The notes: generated by a model not told the origin, from the sequence alone. Positions 54,896-64,000 are shown, numbered from the stretch's first letter. The stretch: DNA of 64,000 bases from Candidatus Omnitrophota bacterium (GCA_041663665.1 JBAYMG010000006.1:1918-65917); one strand, 5' to 3'. A program made the numbers and translations.

Positions 54896-55234
54896 TTACA
54901 CCGCCACCTCGCCTTTTTCTCCAGTACGAATCCTAACAATATTCTCAATCGGATAAATAAATATCTTACCGTCACCTATTTCTCCAGTTTTAACGGTACT
55001 CATAATCAATTGTATAATTTTATCTGTATCAACATCCTTAACTACGATTTCTATTTTTATCTTGGGAATAAAGTTTACTTTAAATTCCCTGCCCCGGAAC
55101 TGCTCAGTTATGCCTTTCTGTCTACCATGCCCTTCAATATGGGTAACCATCATCCCGGGACATCCGAATTTCTCAAGCGCGTCAGTAACTTCTTCTAACT
55201 TCTCTACACGTATTACAGCCTCTATTTTCCTCAT
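54896..55234 (-). CDS. glnK: nitrogen regulatory protein PII (GlnK-type, T-loop Tyr51 replaced by Phe)
   Basis: 112 aa with a canonical PII fold. The T-loop reads GHGRQKGITEQFRGREF. Immediately downstream of amt. Confidence 0.9.
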   Translation of the reverse strand: MRKIEAVIRVEKLEEVTDALEKFGCPGMMVTHIEGHGRQKGITEQFRGREFKVNFIPKIKIEIVVKDVDTDKIIQLIMSTVKTGEIGDGKIFIYPIENIVRIRTGEKGEVAV

Positions 55235-55298
55235 TTTATCAGCTCCTTTTCAACTCTCTGCCTGCGCATACCGCAGACAGAGAGCATAATTAAGTAAA

Positions 55299-56699
55299 CT
55301 AGTTATTAAAAGTATAGAAATTGGGATAAGCAGGCGTACCATGTTCACCGATATCCAACCCCTTTATCTCTTCATGGGGTAAAACCCTGACTCCAAAACA
55401 CTTATCCATAACCTTGAATATTATCAGGCCTAAACCAAATGCCCAGGCCACGCAAACAACCGCTCCAATAGCTTGAGCGATCAACTGCCCTAAGCCTCCT
55501 CCATAAAATAACCCCTTTACTAAAGGACCTTCTGTAGTACCCAAACCATAAGTGCCATCTGCGAAAAGCCCAACACTAATCAGCCCCCAGAATCCGTTTA
55601 CCGCATGGACACTTACTGCACCAACCGGATCATCTACCCCTATATTCTCCCAAAAATAAACACTCAATACAACTAATAGTCCGGCTATTGAACCAATGAC
55701 CACTGCTGCCCAAGCCTCAATCCAAGCACAAGGAGCGGTAACCGCAACTAATCCTGCCAAACAACCATTAAGCATCATGCCAACATCCCATTTCTTAGTT
55801 TTGAGAAAAACAAGCAGAATAGCCACGGCTGCGCCAGCTGCCGCTGCTAGATTTGTATTTACCGCAATAACTGCAATCCTAAGTTGATGCGCCGAGAAAG
55901 TTGACCCTGGGTTAAAACCAAACCAACCAAACCAGAGAATGAACGTACCTAAAGCAGCTAAAACAATACTGTGTCCAGGTATAGCCCTTGGCTTACCATC
56001 TTTTCCGAATTTCCCGAACCGCGGACCAAGAACAATAGCTCCAGCTAATCCTACAAACCCACCGATAGTGTGCACAACTCCGGAACCGGCAAAATCAACA
56101 TGGCCTACTCCAAAAGGAAGTTTAGATAGCCATCCACCACCCCAAACCCAATGCCCATATATAGGATATACTATTGCTGTAACTGCCAGACTATACAAAA
56201 AATAAGCCTTGAATTTTAGCCTTTCTGCAACCGCCCCCGAAACAATAGTCGCTGCAGTGCCAGCGAAAACTAGCTGCCAAAAAAACATTAAATATTTCCC
56301 CACATCATAATTGGCTCCGTGTAAAAACCAGCCTGAAGTACCAATCAAGCCCTTATAGTCATTCCCCATCATAAGAGCAAAACCAAAAGCCATAAAAACT
56401 AAAGAAGCAACTACGAAATCAATAGTATTCTTAGCCATCAGGTTAGTCGCATTTTTTGCGCGGCAAAACCCAGCTTCTACCATTGCAAAACCTGCCTGCA
56501 TAAAGAATACAAGAAACCCGCAAACCAACACCCATACATAATCAACCGGCGACTGTGGATTATGCGCAAGAGTCTCTGCCCCCGAAGGATCAGCGGCAAA
56601 GGCAGAAAAAGGAACCGCCAGATAAACAAGCAACCCTATTATAACGGCCAACATTGCCGTTTTCATGCTGATAAACCACTTACCCAATCTTTTCCCCAT
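55299..56699 (-). CDS. amtB: ammonium transporter Amt
   Basis: Signal peptide and 11 TMs, with the family Phe gate and twin-His region. Confidence 0.9.
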   Translation of the reverse strand: MGKRLGKWFISMKTAMLAVIIGLLVYLAVPFSAFAADPSGAETLAHNPQSPVDYVWVLVCGFLVFFMQAGFAMVEAGFCRAKNATNLMAKNTIDFVVASLVFMAFGFALMMGNDYKGLIGTSGWFLHGANYDVGKYLMFFWQLVFAGTAATIVSGAVAERLKFKAYFLYSLAVTAIVYPIYGHWVWGGGWLSKLPFGVGHVDFAGSGVVHTIGGFVGLAGAIVLGPRFGKFGKDGKPRAIPGHSIVLAALGTFILWFGWFGFNPGSTFSAHQLRIAVIAVNTNLAAAAGAAVAILLVFLKTKKWDVGMMLNGCLAGLVAVTAPCAWIEAWAAVVIGSIAGLLVVLSVYFWENIGVDDPVGAVSVHAVNGFWGLISVGLFADGTYGLGTTEGPLVKGLFYGGGLGQLIAQAIGAVVCVAWAFGLGLIIFKVMDKCFGVRVLPHEEIKGLDIGEHGTPAYPNFYTFNN

Positions 56700-56713
56700 C
56701 TCTTACTCCTTTC

Positions 56714-58018
56714 TTAAAATACATAAATTGCTTCTAAACCGATAGTACCCTGATGATCTATTGCCTTTGAACCAACAGTGTATACATCAGAAGTTGAGTG
56801 ATCATAGCGATATTCCAGGCGCGTGATAAGGTCTTTAAGCGGCCTGTATTCCAGCGTCGAAGTATTCTCCCAGTAATCTGCAGGACTTCCACTAACAACT
56901 CTGACTCCATTAGGATCACTGAAATATTCCATGCGGTTTGAAAAACTCCATTTATCGTTAACATCATAGCGCGCGTATCCAGCTATTCCCGACCAAGTCG
57001 CAGCCTTTCCAGAAGCAACAAGATTTTGCTCTTGAGCATAATCGGCATTAATCTTAAGTGTCAACTTTTCAAAAGGCTTATAGGTCGCAATGAAATCAAC
57101 TAAACCCCGATTTGAATGATTATCCCCTGATTCTTCGGGCCCGTAATAACTTGCTAAGTTAAACGAAAGCCGGTCGCTAGGACTCCATGCTAACGCTGAC
57201 TCTATAGTCTTGCCTTTGTTATTATCTTTTATGTCATCCCAACCGTTATTCACTCCCAAATATGCGGTCAAAGTATCAAAAACCGGATAACTGGCACGCA
57301 CACCTGTATGCGTAAAAGGTATGGCGTAACCAAAAAGCAACGAACGTGAAAAATTCCAATTATCTTTTGACTCGATTACTTCAGCTCCGGCCAAAGTTAC
57401 AAATTTACCAGCCTTCACATCCAATCCTTTGCCAACCGGTATCAACACATCCAAATATGCCTGCTCTAAATTAATATCATCTGTATTCCACCCATAAGGC
57501 TTGATGACTTTTGCGTCATCCCCAATCAGAAGATCGGCCCTAAAACCCACTCCGCCTGTTTTAGCCGGCAATTTTTCAAGAGCTATCTTTGCAGCCTGCA
57601 AATTAAAACTGTTTGCCTCGGTATCAAATACCCGGCCGGTAGTCTTGCCGGAATCAGGATGATTAAAACTGTATGTATACGAAGTATCCACAAAACCGCT
57701 CAAAGTAATATCTTTTAATGCTTCAGGGAGTTGAAAGCCTCCCCCTTGTTTTGCCTGCGCTACTTTTTCATCAACTATTGCCTCAACATCTCCTTTGGTT
57801 ACAACAGGAGAAACTTCTTTCTGCGGCTGCTTACCCTCTAAAGATTGAAGCCTCTTCTCTAATTCTGCTATTTTCCGAAGCAACTTATCTTCAGCCACAT
57901 CATCCGCCAGGACGTAAGGAATACGAAAACATAAACCCAAAACTATAGCTACCGCACTAACAACGATGACGCCCTTAGAACTTCTATAAAACTTAACCAT
58001 GTGACTTACTCCTTTCAT
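56714..58018 (-). CDS. outer-membrane beta-barrel porin with N-terminal coiled-coil segment
   Basis: Signal peptide, then a coiled coil, then alternating beta strands. Ends EAIYVF. Sits between the PII-like gene and amt. Confidence 0.6.
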   Translation of the reverse strand: MKGVSHMVKFYRSSKGVIVVSAVAIVLGLCFRIPYVLADDVAEDKLLRKIAELEKRLQSLEGKQPQKEVSPVVTKGDVEAIVDEKVAQAKQGGGFQLPEALKDITLSGFVDTSYTYSFNHPDSGKTTGRVFDTEANSFNLQAAKIALEKLPAKTGGVGFRADLLIGDDAKVIKPYGWNTDDINLEQAYLDVLIPVGKGLDVKAGKFVTLAGAEVIESKDNWNFSRSLLFGYAIPFTHTGVRASYPVFDTLTAYLGVNNGWDDIKDNNKGKTIESALAWSPSDRLSFNLASYYGPEESGDNHSNRGLVDFIATYKPFEKLTLKINADYAQEQNLVASGKAATWSGIAGYARYDVNDKWSFSNRMEYFSDPNGVRVVSGSPADYWENTSTLEYRPLKDLITRLEYRYDHSTSDVYTVGSKAIDHQGTIGLEAIYVF

Positions 58019-58338
58019 TAAATAATTGCCTTATCCATTTTATCTTTTGTGCGTATCCGAATACAGTTATCCATTGGCATTACGACGATTTTCCCATCTC
58101 CGGCCCTGCCGGAAAAACATTCTTTCATAATCACACCAAGAATTTCATTTGCCTGTGAATCCAAAGCATAGATTTCTAATTTAGTCTTGTGCACGAAAAG
58201 AAAAGTTTCCGGCCTCATCCTTTGGATACCGAAGCCGCGCACTTCACTTACGGTCATCCCTCCTATCCCAACATTAAGAAGTGCATCGGTTACATCTTTT
58301 AGTTTTTCCGAACGAATAATACATTCGATTTTCTTCAT
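58018..58338 (-). CDS. divergent PII-like protein (GlnB superfamily) with a shortened, atypical T-loop
   Basis: MKKIECIIRSEKLKDVTDAL...GMTVSEVRGFGIQRMRPETFLF. Retains the PII core but lacks Tyr51 and the RQKG motif. Start overlaps the porin stop. Confidence 0.75.
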   Translation of the reverse strand: MKKIECIIRSEKLKDVTDALLNVGIGGMTVSEVRGFGIQRMRPETFLFVHKTKLEIYALDSQANEILGVIMKECFSGRAGDGKIVVMPMDNCIRIRTKDKMDKAII

Positions 58339-58398
58339 TATTTTATCCAGTTTAAGTGCTCCACCATGTAATTAGTTACACACTTGTACAGTAAAAAT

Positions 58399-58510
58399 AA
58401 AAAGCGCCCCTTAATCCATCCTTGGAATTAAAAGACGCTATCGTCTTAAATAACTGCTTAAAAATAAAATGGCGTTCCTTATCTTGGAACGCCGATGTCT
58501 TTTACGCTTC
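58399..58510. repeat. about 110-bp duplicated double-hairpin module, copy 1 (3' of the HTH gene)
   Basis: X hairpin GCGCCCCTTAATCCATCCTTGGAATTAAAAGACGC, a spacer, then Y hairpin GGCGTTCC-TTATCTT-GGAACGCC flanked by an A-run and a T-run. Confidence 0.8.
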
Positions 58511-58570
58511 ACTGCGTGTTTTATGCTTCTCACTCATACAAGTTAAAAAAACCCAAGCCTGGTAACCTTA

Positions 58571-58981
58571 TTAAACAAAATTCCTAAATTCCCGACACTT
58601 ATTTTTAATTCTACTTCTTAACTTAATTACCATTACATGAGAAATACCCAATATCCTGCCGATTTCTCTTGTAGTCAGATCTTTCGAACAAAGAAGCAAA
58701 ACTTCTTTTTCCCTTTTGCTTAAACCATTATTCAGAATCTTTTTGACTAAAGTCTGCCTATCCTGATCATCAAAATACAACCTGGCATCTTTTGAATAAT
58801 AAATTGTTTCTAATTCTGAATCATCTTTAACGCTATCAAAAGTATCCATACTGATTAACTGAGCTTTATCTTTAAATTTACGGATATAATTTCTGAGATA
58901 AAAATAACATCCCTGTAATATATAGCTATCCGTCTTATCGCACAACTTACCCCTTTTATAGTCATCCCAGAGATGTATCAT
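58571..58981 (-). CDS. small HTH protein with sigma-70 region-4 / LuxR-type C-terminal helix-turn-helix
   Basis: LSKREKEVLLLCSKDLTTREIGRILGISHVMVIKLRSRIKNK. AT-rich. Confidence 0.5.
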   Translation of the reverse strand: MIHLWDDYKRGKLCDKTDSYILQGCYFYLRNYIRKFKDKAQLISMDTFDSVKDDSELETIYYSKDARLYFDDQDRQTLVKKILNNGLSKREKEVLLLCSKDLTTREIGRILGISHVMVIKLRSRIKNKCREFRNFV

Positions 58982-59143
58982 CGCCTCCTGGTAAAGATCT
59001 TCTTCATTAAAAGCCCCGGCGCATCAATTAAGTTTACGAGTTATTCCTTTTAATTTAGACGATAACCTGCCTGAAAGTTCTTCAAAACTCATTTTAACCT
59101 CTCGTATTCACCAGTAATAACCACACCAAGTTATTCCACAAGC

Positions 59144-59250
59144 AAAAAAGGTGCCGCATATCCATCTCTTGGATAAAGGACACCTTTGTCTTAACAACTA
59201 TTTAAAAATAAAGGCGTTCCTTATCTTGGAACGCCGATGTCTTTTTGCGC
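59144..59250. repeat. duplicated double-hairpin module, copy 2 (3' of nadE)
   Basis: aaggtgccgcatatccatctcttggataaaggacacctttgtctt ... aaaaataaaggcgttccttatcttggaacgccgatgtcttttt. The Y hairpin is identical to copy 1. Confidence 0.8.
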
Positions 59251-59294
59251 TTCTGTGCGCGGATGAACCTTGCAATATATAGCTATCTATCTTA

Positions 59295-60989
59295 TTATTT
59301 AAATTTACTGTACTTATTAGTAACTGGCATTCTCCTGTCTTTACCAAAAGCCTTGGATGTAATCTTGATTCCCGGCGGAGCCTGCCGGCGCTTATATTCA
59401 CTTCTATCAACAAGGCTGACTACCTGCCTTACCACATCCTGATCAAAACCGCTTTCAATAATCTCTTGAGCGCTTTTATCTTCCTCGATATATGCCTTAA
59501 GTATGGGATCCAGTAAATCATATGGGGGAAGAAAATCTGAGTCTTTTTGATCCGACCTTAACTCTGCTGTCGGTTCTTTAGTCAATACCCGCGCAGGGAT
59601 AACTCTTTTTAAGCTATTACGATAACTTGCTAAATCATAGACCACGGTTTTAAATACATCTTTTATCACCGCAAAACCACCGGCCATATCACCGTAAAGC
59701 GTGGCGTAACCAGTACTCATCTCAGATTTATTGCCCGTTGTCAAAACAAGCCACCCGAATTTATTTGAAAAGGCCATTAAAACATTACCTCTGATCCTGG
59801 CTTGGATATTCTCTTCGGTGATGTCGCGGCTTAAACCCGCGAAGTGCGATTCAAAAAACAAAAGATACATTTTATAGATATGCTCTATGGAAACACTTTT
59901 AAACTCAATTCCTAAGTTTTTAGCCAATAATTGCGCGTCTACTTCGGATTCTTGCGAAGAATAACGCGATGGCATAAATATGCCGATGACATTATCCTTT
60001 CCGAAAGCATCCACTGCTATTGCCGCAACCAGCGAAGAATCAATGCCACCGCTTAAACCTATAACTACTTTCTTAAAGCCGTTCTTGATTACATAATCCT
60101 TTAACCCCAGGACAAGTGCTTTATAAATCTCTTCAGCGGCCTTAAGCGGCTCGCATTCTACTCCCGCAAGAATCGACTTCTCTTCGCTAAAAAATGAAGC
60201 AGTAATTTGCACAATGTCCTTCTGTATCTTATCTTCATGTAAAGGAATCTGAACGTCAGCAAACACAAGTTCCTCTTCGAATGCTGCGCCGCGTTTGATT
60301 ATCCCCCCCTGCTCATCTGCAATCATACTTTGTCCGTCGAAAACTAACTCATCCTGGCCTCCGATCAGATTTGCATAGGAAATCACGATGCCATTTGTTT
60401 TTGCCTGATTAAGTATAACTTTCTCGCGTTTAGCAATTTTTCCCGCATAATACGGAGAGGCACTAATGTTTAAAATAAGCTTTGCCCCAGAGGCAACCTG
60501 CTGTGCCAATGGCCCTTGCTCATACCAGATATCTTCGCAGATATTAACGGCAAAAATAATGCCATTAATATTGAAAACGCCTGGATTATCCCCTTGAGAA
60601 AAATATCTCTTTTCGTCAAAAACACCGTAATTAGGTAATAACTCTTTATGGTAAATCCCTTTTATGCCGCCCTGATAAATAATCGCGGCTGCGTTATAAA
60701 GTTTTGCATCCTTACTATCCACAAATCCAACGATTGCTACAATGTCTTTTACGCAGGCTGCGATTTCCTTAATTTTCTCCAGATTATCTTGGATGAATTT
60801 AGGCTGAAGTAACAAATCCTCCGGAGGATAACCGGTAACTGATAATTCCGGAAAGGAGACAATATCCGCCTGGCGATCTGTAGCCTCCTGGATAAATCTG
60901 ATAATTTTATCCCGGTTTCCTTCCAAATCGCCAACGGTAGGATTTATTTGTGCTATTGCTATACGCAATTTTTGCCTTCCCATAATCAC
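59295..60989 (-). CDS. nadE: glutamine-dependent NAD+ synthetase (N-terminal nitrilase/CN-hydrolase domain plus NAD synthetase domain)
   Basis: 564 aa. The catalytic triad region FPEL...; SGGIDSS PP-loop. Confidence 0.9.
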   Translation of the reverse strand: MIMGRQKLRIAIAQINPTVGDLEGNRDKIIRFIQEATDRQADIVSFPELSVTGYPPEDLLLQPKFIQDNLEKIKEIAACVKDIVAIVGFVDSKDAKLYNAAAIIYQGGIKGIYHKELLPNYGVFDEKRYFSQGDNPGVFNINGIIFAVNICEDIWYEQGPLAQQVASGAKLILNISASPYYAGKIAKREKVILNQAKTNGIVISYANLIGGQDELVFDGQSMIADEQGGIIKRGAAFEEELVFADVQIPLHEDKIQKDIVQITASFFSEEKSILAGVECEPLKAAEEIYKALVLGLKDYVIKNGFKKVVIGLSGGIDSSLVAAIAVDAFGKDNVIGIFMPSRYSSQESEVDAQLLAKNLGIEFKSVSIEHIYKMYLLFFESHFAGLSRDITEENIQARIRGNVLMAFSNKFGWLVLTTGNKSEMSTGYATLYGDMAGGFAVIKDVFKTVVYDLASYRNSLKRVIPARVLTKEPTAELRSDQKDSDFLPPYDLLDPILKAYIEEDKSAQEIIESGFDQDVVRQVVSLVDRSEYKRRQAPPGIKITSKAFGKDRRMPVTNKYSKFK

Positions 60990-61002
60990 CCAAAATAAAT
61001 AA

Positions 61003-61108
61003 AAAAGCGCCTTTCATCCACTTCTGGATTTAAGACGCCTATGTCTTTCTTAAAAAATTAAACCCTTTTTAAAGCATTCTTTGCTTCAAAAAGGGCACCT
61101 TTGTCCTT
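61003..61108. repeat. X-type hairpin copy 3 plus partial copy 4
   Basis: aagcgcctttcatccacttctggatttaagacgcc and aaagggcacctttgtcctt. Confidence 0.6.
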
Positions 61109-61114
61109 ATAAAT

Positions 61115-61146
61115 GAAAAAACCCCAAAACAACTTGGGGCTTCTTT
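61115..61146 (-). terminator. intrinsic terminator downstream of the 61270..61986 gene
   Basis: The minus-strand RNA forms a GCCCCAAGUUGUUUUGGGGU hairpin followed by UUUUUU. Confidence 0.6.
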
Positions 61147-61269
61147 GCCTATCAGCATTTCTTTACTGATAAAATAAGTTTAACACGTTTATCCTATTTG
61201 TCAAGTTTTTCCATTGCTTCTCCTTCCAGGAAGAAATGAATATTCTAACTCTGATTGTTAAATATACGG

Positions 61270-61986
61270 CTATTTAACAACTGCGGGGCTATATTCTTTT
61301 AAATTAAATGTGTATTTAAAATCTCCTTTGCCCTTAATCTTAAGCGGGATATGCGGCTGATTACTATCTACCCAAAATTCAAATTTATCCGGCTGGCTAT
61401 TAAAATGGTAGGCAGTATAGATTTTATCTCGAATTTTTATTTTATCAATCGAAGTTAACGTAACCTCAAATTTATTAGGCACAAAGAATACTCTGCTCCA
61501 CCCCAACTTAAGCCCGGAAACTTGAGCAGCGCGAAACATTAGGAATACAGCATTATAAATCGGCTCTTTAGCACGAAATACCAACTGACTGACTTTATGA
61601 CTTCTTTTATATTTAGTTATGGTAACTGAAAAATTAACCTGATCGTATTCTTCAATAATATATTCTCCCCCGATCAATTTCTTTATGTCTCTCTCCACGC
61701 GCAGAGGTAATGAATTTTGTTGCAGGCTGTAAATGGTTTCAGTGTCATCAAACCCTAAGACACGAGTATGAAATGTTGACTTATTTACCTCTTTACCCTC
61801 AAGATTAACTAAACCGTAATCAGTATACTCCGCTCTGCCGCCTAAGGGCTTGATTGTGTAAACTATCCGCTCCGGCTTAACGGCATTTGCTTCAGCACAA
61901 ACTATACCTAAAACATTACAGGACAAAATACAAAATAAAATAAACCCACAAGAACCAGAAAAATATTTTGAGATTTTATTATTCAT
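61270..61986 (-). CDS. secreted hypothetical protein (possibly DUF3108-like)
   Basis: Signal peptide after MNNKISKYF. About 240 aa and beta-rich. Confidence 0.4.
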   Translation of the reverse strand: MNNKISKYFSGSCGFILFCILSCNVLGIVCAEANAVKPERIVYTIKPLGGRAEYTDYGLVNLEGKEVNKSTFHTRVLGFDDTETIYSLQQNSLPLRVERDIKKLIGGEYIIEEYDQVNFSVTITKYKRSHKVSQLVFRAKEPIYNAVFLMFRAAQVSGLKLGWSRVFFVPNKFEVTLTSIDKIKIRDKIYTAYHFNSQPDKFEFWVDSNQPHIPLKIKGKGDFKYTFNLKEYSPAVVK

Positions 61987-62109
61987 ATTATAAAATTTCG
62001 AATAAAAATTATAGAAACCCACTTTCAGAAATGACTATTTTCTTAAAACTATTACCTTAAATAATTTAGCCTCTCTTGTATGAACCGAAGAAAAAACTCT
62101 CTGAATTTA

Positions 62110-62190
62110 AGAAAACGATTATAGGTCTAATACCTTAATATATCAAGAGTATTCTGGATTTAAAGTGATAGTTCGTAGCTCAATTTGTTT
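62110..62190. repeat. copy of the mosaic intergenic repeat (same family as 53958-54080)
   Basis: attataggtctaataccttaatatatcaagagtattctggatttaaagtgatag. Confidence 0.6.
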
Positions 62191-62390
62191 GAAATTTCCG
62201 GCATGATGATGACAAGCTAAGCTAGATCCTGTCCTACTTATTCGGTCATTTTTAGCTGAGAATCGCACAATTTAAAACAAAAAAGTCAAAATTTGTCCAG
62301 TTCAAAGTATCGGACAATAGCCCCAATTAAATATATTAGTTATTCGGTATAAGGCCGCCTGACCGTTATTCTTTGTTACTCGCCTACCTG

Positions 62391-63605
62391 TTAAAAAACG
62401 ATCAACAAACGGGTTCCAATGACAACATCGCAAGAAGAACTTTTATCGCCATCAGGATGAGTTACGATCTGAAGATTAGGTATAATTTTTACAAAAGGGT
62501 GCGCGCTAAAATTGTAGTAAACCTCATACATCGTTTCGGCGGATGCTTTGGCGTTAGCCTGCCGGTAATCTTCTCCTAAAATAGATTGCGCCATTCCAAC
62601 TCCGAGAAGATCATTCTTGCGCCCAGATATCGGCTCACTGAGCTGCCCGCCGCAGGACCAAAAGTATTGAATATTACGGACCTCTTTATCGGCAAATCCG
62701 TAACGGCAAAAAAGCGTTATATGCTTGGATATCTGCTGGTCAAAACTTAAAGCATAAGCATAATCTCCATTCTTCTGGCCCGATCCGTCTATACATTCCA
62801 GCTTTTCGCGGTCCGAGTTAACAATAAACCTGTAATTTCCCTGAAAGCCTCTGATTTGAGGGGAAATCCCGAATTCACTGATAAGAAAAGTTCCCTGAAA
62901 TGAATTGTTAAGGCCTACTTTTGTGGAAACTGATTTAGCATCCGAGGCGCCGGCCTGAAAATAAAACCAATCCACAGGTTTAAATTTAGCCATCGCGCCC
63001 AGGCCCTTCTGTGGAAAAGGAATGATCAAATTATTAACTAATGAGTCCGAAAGAAACTGTTTATCGCTGCTGCCGGCCGCCTTATTTACATCAAACCAAT
63101 CGGATAAATCCAGCCTTCCTGCAGCCAAAAATAACTTTTTCTCAAAAGTTTCCTGTTTTAAATAAAACTTAGTAATATAAGCATAACAGGGTTGGCCGGC
63201 ATTACTGTTAAACCCTGAAAAAGTAGGCAGAAGTTTATCTATGCCTTTATTATGCCCGCCTTTAAATTCAAAATCAACAGATGCACCGCTCCAAAGTTTT
63301 TGATCCAACGCTACATTATAATACCAGCTCGGGCGGCTTCTTCCTTCATTTGTTTTAGCGTGGAGTGCCGACTGGATCTGTACATTGGTCAGGAAGGAAA
63401 TGGTTGTGCCGTATTTATCTTTTAAGTCCTTTTTTGCCTTCAGAATTTTTTCAACCAGGCTTTTTGGCTTGGCCTCGGCCTCGGCGGCCTTATCTACTTC
63501 TTCGGATAACTCCAGGGATGGCTCATTTGCCAATGCCGTAGAAAATACAACCGTAGCATTAATAAATATTAAAAGAATAATTACACTAATCTTAATTTTC
63601 AGCAT
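62391..63605 (-). CDS. outer-membrane porin, carbohydrate-selective OprB-like
   Basis: Signal peptide after MLKIKISVIILL, beta-barrel pattern, terminal RLLIVF. Confidence 0.5.
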   Translation of the reverse strand: MLKIKISVIILLIFINATVVFSTALANEPSLELSEEVDKAAEAEAKPKSLVEKILKAKKDLKDKYGTTISFLTNVQIQSALHAKTNEGRSRPSWYYNVALDQKLWSGASVDFEFKGGHNKGIDKLLPTFSGFNSNAGQPCYAYITKFYLKQETFEKKLFLAAGRLDLSDWFDVNKAAGSSDKQFLSDSLVNNLIIPFPQKGLGAMAKFKPVDWFYFQAGASDAKSVSTKVGLNNSFQGTFLISEFGISPQIRGFQGNYRFIVNSDREKLECIDGSGQKNGDYAYALSFDQQISKHITLFCRYGFADKEVRNIQYFWSCGGQLSEPISGRKNDLLGVGMAQSILGEDYRQANAKASAETMYEVYYNFSAHPFVKIIPNLQIVTHPDGDKSSSCDVVIGTRLLIVF

Positions 63606-63621
63606 ATTCTCCTTATTCTCC

Positions 63622-64000
63622 TTATTTTTTTGTCTCTGCGTACACAGCCTGAGCAAAACGGATACCCATCGACCTGATAGCGTCCTTACCACGCACAGTA
63701 AGATCAGTTATAAACAGAAATTGCTGCCGGCTCTCTTTTACATACGCCTTAAGCCTATAGTGTGTCCCCCATGGCTTCTCAAATACAATTACAGTAACGG
63801 ATGTTCCCGGCTTAAGATAGGAACTCGTTTCAGCAACCTCTGCTAAACGTTTACGCACTGAAGAAGCGTCGTGTTCCGGATGCAGATAGAAATCAGCAAC
63901 ACATAATAAACTGCGATTGCCGCTTGTGGCGTTAAAGATACTGGTTGACCATAGGCGCGAATGCGGAATAATAACTTCAGTATCATCCGGCGTTACTATA
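63622..64000 (-). CDS. hypothetical protein, 3' portion (reading frame stays open to the window end)
   Basis: The frame upstream of the listed 78-aa ORF remains open to 64000 (...IVTPDDTEVIIPHSRLWSTSIFNATSGNRSLLCVADFYLHPEHDASS...). No recognised domain. Confidence 0.35.
   Translation of the reverse strand, partial: IVTPDDTEVIIPHSRLWSTSIFNATSGNRSLLCVADFYLHPEHDASSVRKRLAEVAETSSYLKPGTSVTVIVFEKPWGTHYRLKAYVKESRQQFLFITDLTVRGKDAIRSMGIRFAQAVYAETKK

Noticed and set aside
59198-59413. 71-aa minus-strand ORF overlapping the 3' end of nadE
   Set aside because: Out-of-frame overlap with nadE and with repeat module copy 2. The sequence is explained by the hairpin repeat.

Overview
AT-rich bacterial chromosomal segment of 64 kb. 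Every confident gene (about 60) lies on the minus strand; the only plus-strand coding remnant is a GC-rich foreign fragment. I found no rRNA, tRNA or CRISPR arrays. Gene content, from low to high coordinates:

- A NikR-associated Ni/Co uptake locus: nikR, a small outer-membrane beta-barrel, a GC-rich structured leader, then cbiM and cbiN.
- A YbhGFSR-like ABC-2 exporter with its own TolC-like protein, followed by an MFS transporter.
- A DEAD-box RNA helicase.
- A PabB/TrpE-like chorismate-binding enzyme.
- A TolC–MacA–MacB tripartite pump.
- A CPA2 cation/proton antiporter with a C-terminal PTS EIIA(Ntr)-type domain, next to a P-type cation ATPase.
- A GIY-YIG protein coupled to an RGG-rich zf-trcl-like zinc-ribbon protein. 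A 55-aa paralogue of this zinc-ribbon protein is missing from the ORF track.
- A DedA / GNAT / DUF2062 / NMO (FabK-like) / B12-binding radical-SAM cassette.
- An ABC-F ATPase and a YciH (SUI1) translation factor.
- A CheY-like response regulator.
- A six-gene complex-I / group-4-hydrogenase-like module. Its large subunit has lost the [NiFe]-ligating cysteines and there is no NuoI/HycF ferredoxin subunit, which makes it Ehr-like. It is preceded by an HTH–EIIA(Ntr) fusion gene and an ArsR-family regulator gene.
- An RND efflux system of the AcrAB–OprM type with an upstream AbrB-family gene.
- An AT-rich envelope-modification cassette: radical-SAM methylthiotransferase-like, GT39 (ArnT-like) and NodB deacetylase.
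- A PII-like / porin / amtB / glnK operon.
- nadE.
- Two outer-membrane porin-like proteins.

Several families of repeated palindromic and hairpin elements populate the intergenic regions. The most striking is a 64-bp perfect palindrome present in at least four copies, each directly after a stop codon.
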